NCBI GenBank assembly: GCA_017499595.2
Contig: JAFIQS020000014.1
Location: 1 to 64,000 of the forward strand
Source of the DNA: Psilocybe cubensis
Taxonomy: Eukaryota
Length of the DNA: 64,000 bases
Reading direction: 5' to 3'
In this document: positions 19,101 through 31,700 of the stretch, one piece after another
How positions within the stretch are numbered: position 1 is the stretch's first letter
How the letters are laid out: each line of letters begins with the position of its first letter
The notes under the pieces: model-generated
What the model saw: only the letters and a program-made list of their open reading frames with translations
Databases searched by the model: none
Told to the model about the DNA's origin: nothing
Position numbers and translations under genes: made by a program

Positions 19101-21140
19101 TTAAATTGGGCATCTTTAAACGTGCTATCGAGATTGGCAATACGCAATTGATAACACAACATGGGTCTAGATATTTTAGACAAAAAAATGGCCTCGCAAT
19201 GGGCGTCGCGGATTCTCCGGACCTTGCTAACCTCTTTGGAGCCCATTTTGAAATAAAGTCAAAAATCTTAGACCACCCAAACGTGGCCTTCTATGGAAGG
19301 TACATCGACGATTGTTTCGCAATTGTTTACGCCGAGTCCGAAGCACTTGCACTTAATCTTATTAAAGAAACAATAAAGTTCGATGGTTGTGTTATCGAAT
19401 GGGCTGTTTCCTCGTCGGGATGTCAATTTCTCGATGCTTTCATATTCAAGGAGTCTGGAAAACTTCATTGGAAGCCATTTGTCAAGACAGGAAACAACCG
19501 AGAACGAGTTCCATGGGTATCACATCATCCTTTGGACGTCAAACGTGGCGTCTACATTGGAGAGTTATCCAGGTTAGCCGTGCTATGTAGTACCAAGGAA
19601 ATCTACATCGGAGCAATTAGAGACCTTAACGCTCTCTATTTGATGCGCGGTTATCCCGAAAACCTAGTCATGTCTTGGTGTAAGAAGAATATACAAGAAC
19701 GTTGGGAAAAGCGATTCGCTTTACGAGTCGCAGAGCACGACGAATCCATTCTTGTACTTAAAACCAGATTTGATCAGGTATGGAATTGGTTTTCAGCTGC
19801 TGAACTTGGAAAAACTGTTACCGAGTACTGGTCGGCATGGTATGAACATGCCGAGAAAGGTTTGTATAGTGCAGACTCGTCCAGACCCCTTATCAAACCA
19901 GATCCAAATTACGTTCACGACCTCGATGATGTTCGCCCGGAGCTGTTCACACAGATCCTCGTGGACGGAGAAACTGAGTTCGTACCGGATTTGAGGAAGA
20001 TAGGACTACTCGGAAGTCGTTGGATAGTATCGCGAAAACGCAATACTAATCTTTTCGACCTTACAAATGTGTGGAAGAAAACAGTCTTTCGTAAACTGGA
20101 TGAAGACATCGCTGAAAAAGGTGGTGTTGTTCCCGAAACTCAAAACGTTAATGAAACTTATCATTCTGCTTTAGTTGAAGCTGCTGAACAGATAAGTATC
20201 GAAAGTGATAACGAGATAATACTTCATAGACGTTCAATCTCACAAGAGAGGGAACATCCAGAATTCGGCAGAATATCCAAATCTTACAACCGATGAAAAG
20301 AATACTAGCGCGTAAGGCGTAAAGCATTAGAAAAAAACCCTAACCGTAAGTATTCCTTGCTACAAAGTAACAAACATCTACTTACAAGCAACACATTGGA
20401 TTAAATAGCTAAACCTAAACCTAAACCCTAAACCCTAAACCCTAAGCCCTAACCTAACCCCAACCCTAAGCTAACTAAGTCTAACCTTAGTAGGAAGTAA
20501 GGTAGGCGTGTGAACTTCCGAAAGGCATGTGATTGTGAAGGGCCGGATCTAATTTAGTACATGGGAAAAGTTACTTAGTACCTCGGGAAAAGTTCCTTAG
20601 TACCGTGGAAACATTTTTGATGGACCGGATCATGAACTGTCCAATTAAGATTCACAACAATCAATCAATTGATTGTTAGGTAAGGACCCAGGTAAGCTAT
20701 TTATACTCTTGACATGAGAATATTCCCATGTCACGGTTACTCGGAGCCACGTAACCAGAGTATTTTATATCCATGTGATTCACATCACAGTCAATAACCC
20801 ACGATGTCAAAGAACAAAAGTGTTGGATCCACTTTTGACAGGTTACCATGTGCCACATCGACCCGTGACACTCTGTTCATCAGAGATCTGTCTAACTTGA
20901 CAATAAACATTGACAGATTTGTGATAGTCGGTAAGATACATGACAGCTGCGCAGCATCACTTCACGCGCTGTCATCGGATGTTCCAGAACATTCCTTCTA
21001 AGAATAGCCACTGAAGAGTCTATAAAGACGAAAGGGCTGGCTGCTGATAACAATCAACAGCCCTCTGGCCTTCTTTCCATTTAACTCACAGTTTAAACAA
21101 GTCGCTCGCACCTCGCTTCGCTCGGTGCTCGCTCCCCCCC
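16171..21140 (+). mobile_element. Penelope-like element unit 4 (subfamily with MSSTY start and ctgataacaatc hammerhead loop)
   Basis: pLTR-ORF-pLTR between telomere tracts. Confidence 0.92.
16766..20296 (+). CDS. PLE ORF1-RT polyprotein (1176 aa)
   Basis: Same RT motifs. Confidence 0.95.
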   Translation: MSSTYSAAFSRAMSPTLDALTQAVVNNTVFGVNDEAGRHNALIDELATVVIKKIAECRSIDQIVDCVFFDYRAALREFLLNLASWCDKRETVKASLERLELAVSAGNTPNRLRVKAPEFQLTKEFADAGSAEALRVSSTFSTARDVFQKAINDGAIQAKKDELAFWDDKCALNNCYEAAALIVKTTYDDRKSSYKLPVFSTDNKGVRRITDWVVSPQKKAECSALQTILPAIFSHIKQIVNLRHRALAIKIEKKRSTAATADVEMADATKPGPSIQSLIDKGLNARLKKLNLGSVGKKASSRNPSPIILDTNYYSNYPDFVWPEFVQGSSTSGQESWPFEIQTLVDAFAEEAPNQGFQQGRQQEEREGESSRQERSKGKGKGKSLDARSNVVPFTSVRPAFPNSIPDDILTMTKTDAVSFVHLHTPISFLLAGQYRSSVHCSPGVVVPVDIANDLSLGLNYMFFTLPSQSLIMQAWNDFQRRIRWRIYFLFKEGMNKPFDPDYGVSSKKKEKPPVLPQYMELGLSMGRRYVQRTIASIPEEALTEMRKHAFSPKRDKIRKFLIDNNYVITMTDKNLGLAVSERDWILRNELNLLEDERNYEELEFEVAQEVMKSKMIQMQTLARTVEDEHLFLFELGLSRFFLSNVPEDGSSFKYPQFHGIPKIHKKPTGFRPIIPCHSVVFNPAAKFVSKELKPIIKSTPSIIHGTKDLFTRLSQLRIDPKRQWYFVTGDVVAFYPNIPLDLCIEIVCNMYEEWLLNASEENTALAHINPNSLENNLVKLGIFKRAIEIGNTQLITQHGSRYFRQKNGLAMGVADSPDLANLFGAHFEIKSKILDHPNVAFYGRYIDDCFAIVYAESEALALNLIKETIKFDGCVIEWAVSSSGCQFLDAFIFKESGKLHWKPFVKTGNNRERVPWVSHHPLDVKRGVYIGELSRLAVLCSTKEIYIGAIRDLNALYLMRGYPENLVMSWCKKNIQERWEKRFALRVAEHDESILVLKTRFDQVWNWFSAAELGKTVTEYWSAWYEHAEKGLYSADSSRPLIKPDPNYVHDLDDVRPELFTQILVDGETEFVPDLRKIGLLGSRWIVSRKRNTNLFDLTNVWKKTVFRKLDEDIAEKGGVVPETQNVNETYHSALVEAAEQISIESDNEIILHRRSISQEREHPEFGRISKSYNR

Positions 21141-21217
21141 TAAACCCTAAACCCTAAACCCTAAACCCTAAACCCTAAACCCTAAACCCTAAACCCTAAA
21201 CCCTAAACCCTAACCCT
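21138..21217 (+). repeat. Interstitial telomeric tract
   Basis: (CCCTAAA)n. Confidence 0.93.
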
Positions 21218-23582
21218 ATTTAGGCCCATAATTCCGTGTCACTCTGTAGTATTTAATCCTGCAGCCAAGTTTGTATCAAAAGAGCTTAAGCCGATTATTA
21301 AATCGACTCCTTCAATCATTCACGGAACGAAGGATCTCTTTACGAGATTAAGCCAATTGCGTATAGACCCCAAACGACAATGGTATTTTGTCACCGGGGA
21401 TGTAGTTGCTTTCTATCCCAATATTCCGTTGGACTTGTGCATCGAAATCGTTTGTAGTATGTACGAGGAATGGTTACTCAATGCTTCGGAAGAAAACACT
21501 GCATTAGCCCATATTAATCCAAATTCGTTAGAGAATAACTTGGTTAAATTGGGCATCTTTAAACGTGCTATCGAGATTGGCAATACGCAATTGATAACAC
21601 AACATGGGTCTAGATATTTTAGACAAAAAAATGGCCTCGCAATGGGCGTCGCGGATTCTCCGGACCTTGCTAACCTCTTTGGAGCCCATTTTGAAATAAA
21701 GTCAAAAATCTTAGACCACCCTAATGTGGCCTTCTATGGAAGGTACATCGACGATTGTTTTGCAATTGTTTACGCCGAGTCCGAAGCACTTGCACTTAAT
21801 TTAATTAAAGAAACAATAAAGTTCGATGGTTGTGTTATCGAATGGGCTGTTTCCTCGTCGGGATGTCAATTTCTCGATGCTTTCATATTCAAGGAGTCTG
21901 GAAAACTTCATTGGAAGCCTTTTGTCAAGACAGGAAACAACCGAGAACGAGTTCCATGGGTATCACATCATCCTTTAGACGTCAAACGTGGCGTTTACAT
22001 TGGAGAGTTATCCAGGTTAGCCGTGCTATGTAGTACCAAGGAAATCTACATTGGAGCAATTAGAGACCTTAACGCTCTCTATTTGATGCGCGGTTATCCC
22101 GAAAACCTAGTCATGTCTTGGTGTAAGAAGAATATACAAGAACGTTGGGAAAAGCGATTCGCTTTACGAATCGCAGAGCACGACGAATCCATTCTTGTAC
22201 TTAAAACCAGGTTTGATCAGGTATGGAATTGGTTTTCAGCTGCTGAACTTGGAAAAACTGTTACCGAGTACTGGTCGGCATGGTATGAACATGCCGAGAA
22301 AGGTCTGTATAGTGTAGACTCGTCCAGACCCCTTATCAAACCAGATCCAAATTACGTTCACGACCTCGATGATGTTCGCCCGGAGCTGTTCACACAGATC
22401 CTCGTGGACGGAGAAACTGAGTTCGTACCGGATTTGAGGAAGATAGGACTACTCGGAAGTCGTTGGATAGTATCGCGAAAGCGCAATACTAATCTTTTCG
22501 ACCTTGCAAATGTGTGGAAGAAAACAGTTTTTCGTAAACTGGATGAAGACATTGCCGAAAAAGGTGGTGTTGTTCCCGAAACTCAAAACGTTAATGAAAC
22601 TTATCATTCTGCTCTAGTTGAAGCTGCTGAACAGATAAGTATCGAAAGCGATAACGAGATAATACTTCATAGACGTTCAATCTCACAAGAGAGGGAACAT
22701 CCAGAATTCGGCAGAATATCCAAATCTTACAACCGATGAAAAGAATACTAGCGCTTAAGGCGTAAAGCATTAGAAAAAAACCCTAACCGTAAGTATTCAT
22801 TGCTATAAAGTAACAAACATCTACTTACAAGCAACACATTGGATTAAATAGCTAAACCTAAACCTAAACCCTAAACCCTAAACCCTAAGCCCTAACCTAA
22901 CCCCAACCCTAAGCTAACTAAGTCTAACCTTAGTAGGAAGTAAGGTAGGCGTGTGAACTTCCGAACGGCATGTGATTGTGAAGGGCCGGATCTAATTTAG
23001 TACATGGGAAAAGTTACTTAGTACTTCGGGAAAAGTTCCTTAGTACCGTGAAAACATTTTTGATGGACCGGATCATGAACTGTCCAATTAAGATTCACAA
23101 CAATCAATCAATTGATTGTTAGGTAAGGACCCAGGTAAGCTATTTATACTCTTGACATGTGAATATTCCCATGTCGCGGTTACTCGGAGCCACGTAACCA
23201 GAGTAATCTATATCCATGTGATTCACATCACAGTCAATAACCCACGATGTCAAAGAACAAAAGTGTTGGATCCACTTTTGACAGGTTACCATGTACCACA
23301 TTGACCCGTGACACTCTGTTCATCAGAGACCTGTCTAACTTGACAATAAACATTGACAGATTTGTGATAGTCGGTAAGATACATGACAGCTGCACAGCAT
23401 CACTTCACGCGCTGTCATCGGATGTCTAGAACATTCCTTCTAAGAATAGCCACTGAAGAGTCTATAAAGACGAAAGGGCTGGTTGTTGGTACCCCCCAAC
23501 AGCCCTCTGGCCTTCTTTCCATTTAACTCACAGTTTAAACAAGTCGCTCGCACCTCGCTTCGCTCGGTGCTCGCTCCCCCCC
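21218..23582 (+). mobile_element. 5'-truncated element (starts mid-RT at FRPIIP), capped by telomere repeats
   Basis: taaccct|atttaggcccataattcc junction; RT C-terminal half to 22739, then full 3' UTR. Confidence 0.92.
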
Positions 23583-23599
23583 TAAACCCTAAACCCTAA

Positions 23600-26500
23600 A
23601 CCCTAAACCCTAAACCCTAAGCCCTAACCTAACCCCAACCCTAAGCTAACTAAGTCTAACCTTAGTAGGAAGTAAGGTAGGCGTGTGAACTTCCGAAAGG
23701 CATGTGATTGTGAAGGGCCGGATCTAATTTAGTACATGGGAAAAGTTACTTAGTACCTCGGGAAAAGTTCCTTAGTACCGTGGAAACATTTTTGATGGAC
23801 CGGATCATGAACTGTCCAATTAAGATTCACAACAATCAATCAATTGATTGTTAGGTAAGGACCCAGGTAAGCTATTTATACTCTTGACATGAGAATATTC
23901 CCATGTCACGGTTACTCGGAGCCACGTAACCAGAGTATTTTATATCCATGTGATTCACATCACAGTCAATAACCCACGATGTCAAAGAACAAAAGTGTTG
24001 GATCCACTTTTGACAGGTTACCATGTGCCACATCGACCCGTGACACTCTGTTCATCAGAGATCTGTCTAACTTGACAATAAACATTGACAGATTTGTGAT
24101 AGTCGGTAAGATACATGACAGCTGCGCAGCATCACTTCACGCGCTGTCATCGGATGTTCCAGAACATTCCTTCTAAGAATAGCCACTGAAGAGTCTATAA
24201 AGACGAAAGGGCTGGCTGCTGATAACAATCAACAGCCCTCTGGCCTTCTTTCCATTTAACTCACAGTTTAAACAAGTCGCTCGCACCTCGCTTCGCTCGG
24301 TGCTCGCTCCCCCCCTAAACCCAACGACTTTGCTATTACCCAACAGCTACTATGTCTTCCACTTACTCTGCTGCCTTCTCTCGTGCCATGTCCCCCACCC
24401 TGGACGCACTCACCCAGGCTGTCGTCAACAACACAGTTTTTGGCGTCAACGACGAAGCTGGCCGCCACAACGCCCTCATCGACGAGTTGGCCACTGTCGT
24501 CATCAAGAAAATAGCTGAGTGCCGCTCCATTGACCAGATTGTAGACTGCGTCTTTTTTGACTATCGTGCTGCCCTTAGGGAGTTTCTCCTCAACCTCGCA
24601 TCGTGGTGCGATAAGAGGGAAACAGTCAAGGCTAGCCTCGAGCGCCTTGAACTTGCCGTTAGCGCAGGCAACACCCCCAATCGCCTTCGGGTGAAGGCTC
24701 CCGAGTTCCAACTTACGAAGGAATTCGCGGATGCCGGGTCAGCGGAAGCTCTTCGAGTTTCCTCTACGTTCTCCACCGCTCGTGATGTCTTCCAAAAGGC
24801 AATCAACGACGGCGCCATTCAGGCGAAAAAGGACGAACTGGCCTTTTGGGATGATAAATGCGCACTCAATAACTGTTATGAAGCTGCTGCCCTCATCGTT
24901 AAGACAACTTACGATGATCGCAAATCCAGCTATAAGCTCCCCGTTTTCTCTACAGACAACAAGGGAGTTCGTCGAATAACAGATTGGGTAGTGTCACCGC
25001 AGAAGAAGGCTGAATGCAGCGCATTGCAAACCATTTTGCCAGCCATCTTCTCTCATATCAAACAGATTGTCAACTTGCGCCACCGCGCTTTGGCAATCAA
25101 GATTGAGAAAAAGCGGTCGACTGCGGCAACAGCCGATGTCGAGATGGCCGATGCGACCAAACCAGGTCCATCGATTCAATCCCTTATTGATAAGGGCTTG
25201 AATGCACGTCTCAAGAAGCTCAACCTTGGATCTGTGGGCAAGAAGGCAAGTTCTCGTAACCCTTCACCCATAATTCTGGATACTAATTACTATTCTAATT
25301 ACCCAGACTTTGTCTGGCCAGAATTCGTCCAAGGCTCCTCAACCTCAGGCCAAGAAAGCTGGCCCTTCGAAATTCAAACCCTCGTCGACGCCTTCGCAGA
25401 AGAAGCCCCAAACCAAGGCTTCCAACAAGGTCGACAACAAGAAGAAAGGGAAAGGGAGAGCTCCCGTCAAGAACGATCCAAAGGGAAAGGGAAAGGCAAG
25501 AGCCTAGACGCGCGGTCTAATGTAGTACCTTTTACGTCGGTAAGACCCGCCTTCCCCAACTCTATTCCTGACGATATACTCACCATGACTAAAACAGACG
25601 CAGTTTCTTTTGTACACTTACATACGCCGATCTCATTCTTGTTGGCTGGCCAGTATCGTAGTAGTGTACACTGTAGTCCTGGTGTGGTGGTCCCTGTAGA
25701 TATAGCAAATGATTTGTCACTCGGACTCAATTATATGTTCTTTACTCTGCCTTCTCAAAGTCTGATCATGCAAGCATGGAATGATTTTCAACGAAGAATA
25801 AGATGGCGTATCTATTTTTTGTTTAAGGAAGGCATGAACAAACCTTTTGATCCAGATTACGGAGTAAGCTCAAAAAAGAAAGAGAAACCTCCAGTATTAC
25901 CGCAATACATGGAACTTGGCCTTTCGATGGGACGTCGGTACGTGCAACGCACGATCGCAAGTATCCCGGAAGAAGCCCTTACGGAGATGCGAAAGCACGC
26001 GTTCTCTCCTAAAAGGGACAAGATCCGTAAGTTTCTTATCGATAACAACTATGTTATTACGATGACAGATAAGAATCTTGGCCTCGCGGTGTCTGAACGC
26101 GACTGGATATTAAGGAATGAGCTCAATCTTCTTGAAGATGAACGTAACTATGAAGAGTTAGAATTCGAAGTTGCGCAAGAAGTAATGAAGAGCAAAATGA
26201 TCCAGATGCAAACTCTTGCACGTACCGTCGAAGATGAACATCTGTTTCTATTTGAACTTGGGTTGTCTCGATTCTTTCTATCGAATGTACCGGAAGACGG
26301 ATCATCGTTCAAGTATCCTCAATTTCATGGTATACCTAAAATCCACAAGAAACCTACTGGATTTAGGCCCATAATTCCGTGTCACTCTGTAGTATTTAAT
26401 CCTGCAGCCAAGTTTGTATCAAAAGAGCTTAAGCCGATTATTAAATCGACTCCTTCAATCATTCACGGAACGAAGGATCTCTTTACGAGATTAAGCCAAT

Positions 26501-28727
26501 TGCGTATAGACCCCAAACGACAATGGTATTTTGTCACCGGGGATGTAGTTGCTTTCTATCCCAATATTCCGTTGGACTTGTGCATCGAAATCGTTTGTAG
26601 TATGTACGAGGAATGGTTACTCAATGCTTCGGAAGAAAACACTGCATTAGCCCATATTAATCCAAATTCGTTAGAGAATAACTTGGTTAAATTGGGCATC
26701 TTTAAACGTGCTATCGAGATTGGCAATACGCAATTGATAACACAACATGGGTCTAGATATTTTAGACAAAAAAATGGCCTCGCAATGGGCGTCGCGGATT
26801 CTCCGGACCTTGCTAACCTCTTTGGAGCCCATTTTGAAATAAAGTCAAAAATCTTAGACCACCCTAATGTGGCCTTCTATGGAAGGTACATCGACGATTG
26901 TTTTGCAATTGTTTACGCCGAGTCCGAAGCACTTGCACTTAATTTAATTAAAGAAACAATAAAGTTCGATGGTTGTGTTATCGAATGGGCTGTTTCCTCG
27001 TCGGGATGTCAATTTCTCGATGCTTTCATATTCAAGGAGTCTGGAAAACTTCATTGGAAGCCTTTTGTCAAGACAGGAAACAACCGAGAACGAGTTCCAT
27101 GGGTATCACATCATCCTTTAGACGTCAAACGTGGCGTTTACATTGGAGAGTTATCCAGGTTAGCCGTGCTATGTAGTACCAAGGAAATCTACATTGGAGC
27201 AATTAGAGACCTTAACGCTCTCTATTTGATGCGCGGTTATCCCGAAAACCTAGTCATGTCTTGGTGTAAGAAGAATATACAAGAACGTTGGGAAAAGCGA
27301 TTCGCTTTACGAATCGCAGAGCACGACGAATCCATTCTTGTACTTAAAACCAGGTTTGATCAGGTATGGAATTGGTTTTCAGCTGCTGAACTTGGAAAAA
27401 CTGTTACCGAGTACTGGTCGGCATGGTATGAACATGCCGAGAAAGGTCTGTATAGTGTAGACTCGTCCAGACCCCTTATCAAACCAGATCCAAATTACGT
27501 TCACGACCTCGATGATGTTCGCCCGGAGCTGTTCACACAGATCCTCGTGGACGGAGAAACTGAGTTCGTACCGGATTTGAGGAAGATAGGACTACTCGGA
27601 AGTCGTTGGATAGTATCGCGAAAGCGCAATACTAATCTTTTCGACCTTGCAAATGTGTGGAAGAAAACAGTCTTTCGTAAACTGGATGAAGACATCGCTG
27701 AAAAAGGTGGTGTTGTTCCCGAAACTCAAAACGTTAATGAAACTTATCATTCTGCTTTAGTTGAAGCTGCTGAACAGATAAGTATCGAAAGTGATAACGA
27801 GATAATACTTCATAGACGTTCAATCTCACAAGAGAGGGAACATCCAGAATTCGGCAGAATATCCAAATCTTACAACCGATGAAAAGAATACTAGCGCGTA
27901 AGGCGTAAAGCATTAGAAAAAAACCCTAACCGTAAGTATTCCTTGCTACAAAGTAACAAACATCTACTTACAAGCAACACATTGGATTAAATAGCTAAAC
28001 CTAAACCTAAACCCTAAACCCTAAACCCTAAGCCCTAACCTAACCCCAACCCTAAGCTAACTAAGTCTAACCTTAGTAGGAAGTAAGGTAGGCGTGTGAA
28101 CTTCCGAAAGGCATGTGATTGTGAAGGGCCGGATCTAATTTAGTACATGGGAAAAGTTACTTAGTACCTCGGGAAAAGTTCCTTAGTACCGTGGAAACAT
28201 TTTTGATGGACCGGATCATGAACTGTCCAATTAAGATTCACAACAATCAATCAATTGATTGTTAGGTAAGGACCCAGGTAAGCTATTTATACTCTTGACA
28301 TGAGAATATTCCCATGTCACGGTTACTCGGAGCCACGTAACCAGAGTATTTTATATCCATGTGATTCACATCACAGTCAATAACCCACGATGTCAAAGAA
28401 CAAAAGTGTTGGATCCACTTTTGACAGGTTACCATGTGCCACATCGACCCGTGACACTCTGTTCATCAGAGATCTGTCTAACTTGACAATAAACATTGAC
28501 AGATTTGTGATAGTCGGTAAGATACATGACAGCTGCGCAGCATCACTTCACGCGCTGTCATCGGATGTTCCAGAACATTCCTTCTAAGAATAGCCACTGA
28601 AGAGTCTATAAAGACGAAAGGGCTGGCTGCTGATAACAATCAACAGCCCTCTGGCCTTCTTTCCATTTAACTCACAGTTTAAACAAGTCGCTCGCACCTC
28701 GCTTCGCTCGGTGCTCGCTCCCCCCCT
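23600..28727 (+). mobile_element. Penelope-like element unit 5
   Basis: 5' pLTR starts in the internal telomere-like tract; ORF 24352-27882. Confidence 0.9.
24352..27882 (+). CDS. PLE ORF1-RT polyprotein (1176 aa)
   Basis: Same RT motifs. Confidence 0.95.
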   Translation: MSSTYSAAFSRAMSPTLDALTQAVVNNTVFGVNDEAGRHNALIDELATVVIKKIAECRSIDQIVDCVFFDYRAALREFLLNLASWCDKRETVKASLERLELAVSAGNTPNRLRVKAPEFQLTKEFADAGSAEALRVSSTFSTARDVFQKAINDGAIQAKKDELAFWDDKCALNNCYEAAALIVKTTYDDRKSSYKLPVFSTDNKGVRRITDWVVSPQKKAECSALQTILPAIFSHIKQIVNLRHRALAIKIEKKRSTAATADVEMADATKPGPSIQSLIDKGLNARLKKLNLGSVGKKASSRNPSPIILDTNYYSNYPDFVWPEFVQGSSTSGQESWPFEIQTLVDAFAEEAPNQGFQQGRQQEERERESSRQERSKGKGKGKSLDARSNVVPFTSVRPAFPNSIPDDILTMTKTDAVSFVHLHTPISFLLAGQYRSSVHCSPGVVVPVDIANDLSLGLNYMFFTLPSQSLIMQAWNDFQRRIRWRIYFLFKEGMNKPFDPDYGVSSKKKEKPPVLPQYMELGLSMGRRYVQRTIASIPEEALTEMRKHAFSPKRDKIRKFLIDNNYVITMTDKNLGLAVSERDWILRNELNLLEDERNYEELEFEVAQEVMKSKMIQMQTLARTVEDEHLFLFELGLSRFFLSNVPEDGSSFKYPQFHGIPKIHKKPTGFRPIIPCHSVVFNPAAKFVSKELKPIIKSTPSIIHGTKDLFTRLSQLRIDPKRQWYFVTGDVVAFYPNIPLDLCIEIVCSMYEEWLLNASEENTALAHINPNSLENNLVKLGIFKRAIEIGNTQLITQHGSRYFRQKNGLAMGVADSPDLANLFGAHFEIKSKILDHPNVAFYGRYIDDCFAIVYAESEALALNLIKETIKFDGCVIEWAVSSSGCQFLDAFIFKESGKLHWKPFVKTGNNRERVPWVSHHPLDVKRGVYIGELSRLAVLCSTKEIYIGAIRDLNALYLMRGYPENLVMSWCKKNIQERWEKRFALRIAEHDESILVLKTRFDQVWNWFSAAELGKTVTEYWSAWYEHAEKGLYSVDSSRPLIKPDPNYVHDLDDVRPELFTQILVDGETEFVPDLRKIGLLGSRWIVSRKRNTNLFDLANVWKKTVFRKLDEDIAEKGGVVPETQNVNETYHSALVEAAEQISIESDNEIILHRRSISQEREHPEFGRISKSYNR

Positions 28728-28729
28728 AA

Positions 28730-31700
28730 ACCCTAAACCCTAAGCCCTAACCTAACCCCAACCCTAAGCTAACTAAGTCTAACCTTAGTAGGAAGTAAGG
28801 TAGGCGTGTGAACTTCCGAACGGCATGTGATTGTGAAGGGCCGGATCTAATTTAGTACATGGGAAAAGTTACTTAGTACTTCGGGAAAAGTTCCTTAGTA
28901 CCGTGGAAACATTTTTGATGGACCGGATCATGAACTGTCCAATTAAGATTCACAACAATCAATCAATTGATTGTTAGGTAAGGACCCAGGTAAGCTATTT
29001 ATACTCTTGACATGTGAATATTCCCATGTCGCGGTTACTCGGAGCCACGTAACCAGAGTAATCTATATCCATGTGATTCACATCACAGTCAATAACCCAC
29101 GATGTCAAAGAACAAAAGTGTTGGATCCACTTTTGACAGGTTACCATGTGCCACATTGACCCGTGACACTCTGTTCATCAGAGACCTGTCTAACTTGACA
29201 ATAAACATTGACAGATTTGTGATAGTCGGTAAGATACATGACAGCTGCACAGCATCACTTCACGCGCTGTCATCGGATGTCTAGAACATTCCTTCTAAGA
29301 ATAGCCACTGAAGAGTCTATAAAGACGAAAGGGCTGGTTGTTGGTACCCCCCAACAGCCCTCTGGCCTTCTTTCCATTTAACTCACAGTTTAAACAAGTC
29401 GCTCGCACCTCGCTTCGCTCGGTGCTCGCTCCCCCCCTAAACCCAACGACTTTGCTATTACCCAACAGCTACCATGTCTTCCACTTACTCTGCTGCCTTC
29501 TCTCGTGCCATGTCCCCCACCCTGGACGCACTCACCCAGGCTGTCGTCAACAACACAGTTTTTGGCGTCAACGACGAAGCTGGCCGCCACAACGCCCTCA
29601 TCGACGAGTTGGCCACTGTCGTCATCAAGAAAATAGCTGAGTGCCGCTCCATTGACCAGATTGTAGACTGCGTCTTTTTTGACTATCGTGCTGCCCTTAG
29701 GGAGTTTCTCCTCAACCTCGCATCGTGGTGCGATAAGAGGGAAACAGTCAAGGCTAGCCTCGAGCGCCTTGAACTTGCCGTTAGCGCAGGCAACACCCCC
29801 AATCGCCTTCGGGTGAAGGCTCCCGAGTTCCAACTTACGAAGGAATTCGCGGATGCCGGGTCAGCGGAAGCTCTTCGAGTTTCCTCTACGTTCTCCACCG
29901 CTCGTGATGTCTTCCAAAAGGCAATCAACGACGGCGCCATTCAGGCGAAAAAGGACGAACTGGCCTTTTGGGATGATAAATGCGCACTCAATAACTGTTA
30001 TGAAGCTGCTGCCCTCATCGTTAAGACAACTTACGATGATCGCAAATCCAGCTATAAGCTCCCCGTTTTCTCTACAGACAACAAGGGAGTTCGTCGAATA
30101 ACAGATTGGGTAGTGTCACCGCAGAAGAAGGCTGAATGCAGCGCATTGCAAACCATTTTGCCAGCCATCTTCTCTCATATCAAACAGATTGTCAACTTGC
30201 GCCACCGCGCTTTGGCAATCAAGATTGAGAAAAAGCGGTCGACTGCGGCAACAGCCGATGTCGAGATGGCCGATGCGACCAAACCAGGTCCATCGATTCA
30301 ATCCCTTATTGATAAGGGCTTGAATGCACGTCTCAAGAAGCTCAACCTTGGATCTGTGGGCAAGAAGGCAAGTTCTCGTAACCCTTCACCCATAATTCTG
30401 GATACTAATTACTATTCTAATTACCCAGACTTTGTCTGGCCAGAATTCGTCCAAGGCTCCTCAACCTCAGGCCAAGAAAGCTGGCCCTTCGAAATTCAAA
30501 CCCTCGTCGACGCCTTCGCAGAAGAAGCCCCAAACCAAGGCTTCCAACAAGGTCGACAACAAGAAGAAAGGGAAGGGGAGAGCTCCCGTCAAGAACGATC
30601 CAAAGGGAAAGGGAAAGGCAAGAGCCTAGACGCGCGGTCTAATGTAGTACCTTTTACGTCGGTAAGACCCGCCTTCCCCAACTCTATTCCTGACGATATA
30701 CTCACCATGACTAAAACAGACGCAGTTTCTTTTGTACACTTACATACGCCGATCTCATTCTTGTTGGCTGGCCAGTATCGTAGTAGTGTACACTGTAGTC
30801 CTGGTGTGGTGGTCCCTGTAGATATAGCAAATGATTTGTCGCTCGGACTCAATTATATGTTTTTTACTCTGCCTTCTCAAAGTCTGATCATGCAAGCATG
30901 GAATGATTTTCAACGAAGAATAAGATGGCGTATCTATTTTTTGTTTAAGGAAGGCATGAACAAACCTTTTGATCCAGATTACGGAGTAAGCTCAAAAAAG
31001 AAAGAGAAACCTCCAGTATTACCGCAATACATGGAACTTGGCCTTTCGATGGGACGTCGGTACGTGCAACGCACGATCGCAAGTATCCCGGAAGAAGCCC
31101 TTACGGAGATGCGAAAGCACGCGTTCTCTCCTAAAAGGGACAAGATCCGTAAGTTTCTTATCGATAACAACTATGTTATTACGATGACAGATAAGAATCT
31201 TGGCCTCGCGGTGTCTGAACGCGACTGGATATTAAGGAATGAGCTCAATCTTCTTGAAGATGAACGTAACTATGAAGAGTTAGAATTCGAAGTTGCGCAA
31301 GAAGTAATGAAGAGCAAAATGATCCAGATGCAAACTCTTGCACGTACCGTCGAAGATGAACATCTGTTTCTATTTGAACTTGGGTTGTCTCGATTCTTTC
31401 TATCGAATGTACCGGAAGACGGATCATCGTTCAAGTATCCTCAATTTCATGGTATACCTAAAATCCACAAGAAACCTACTGGATTTAGGCCCATAATTCC
31501 GTGTCACTCTGTAGTATTTAATCCTGCAGCCAAGTTTGTATCAAAAGAGCTTAAGCCGATTATTAAATCGACTCCTTCAATCATTCACGGAACGAAGGAT
31601 CTCTTTACGAGATTAAGCCAATTGCGTATAGACCCCAAACGACAATGGTATTTTGTCACCGGGGATGTAGTTGCTTTCTATCCCAATATTCCGTTGGACT

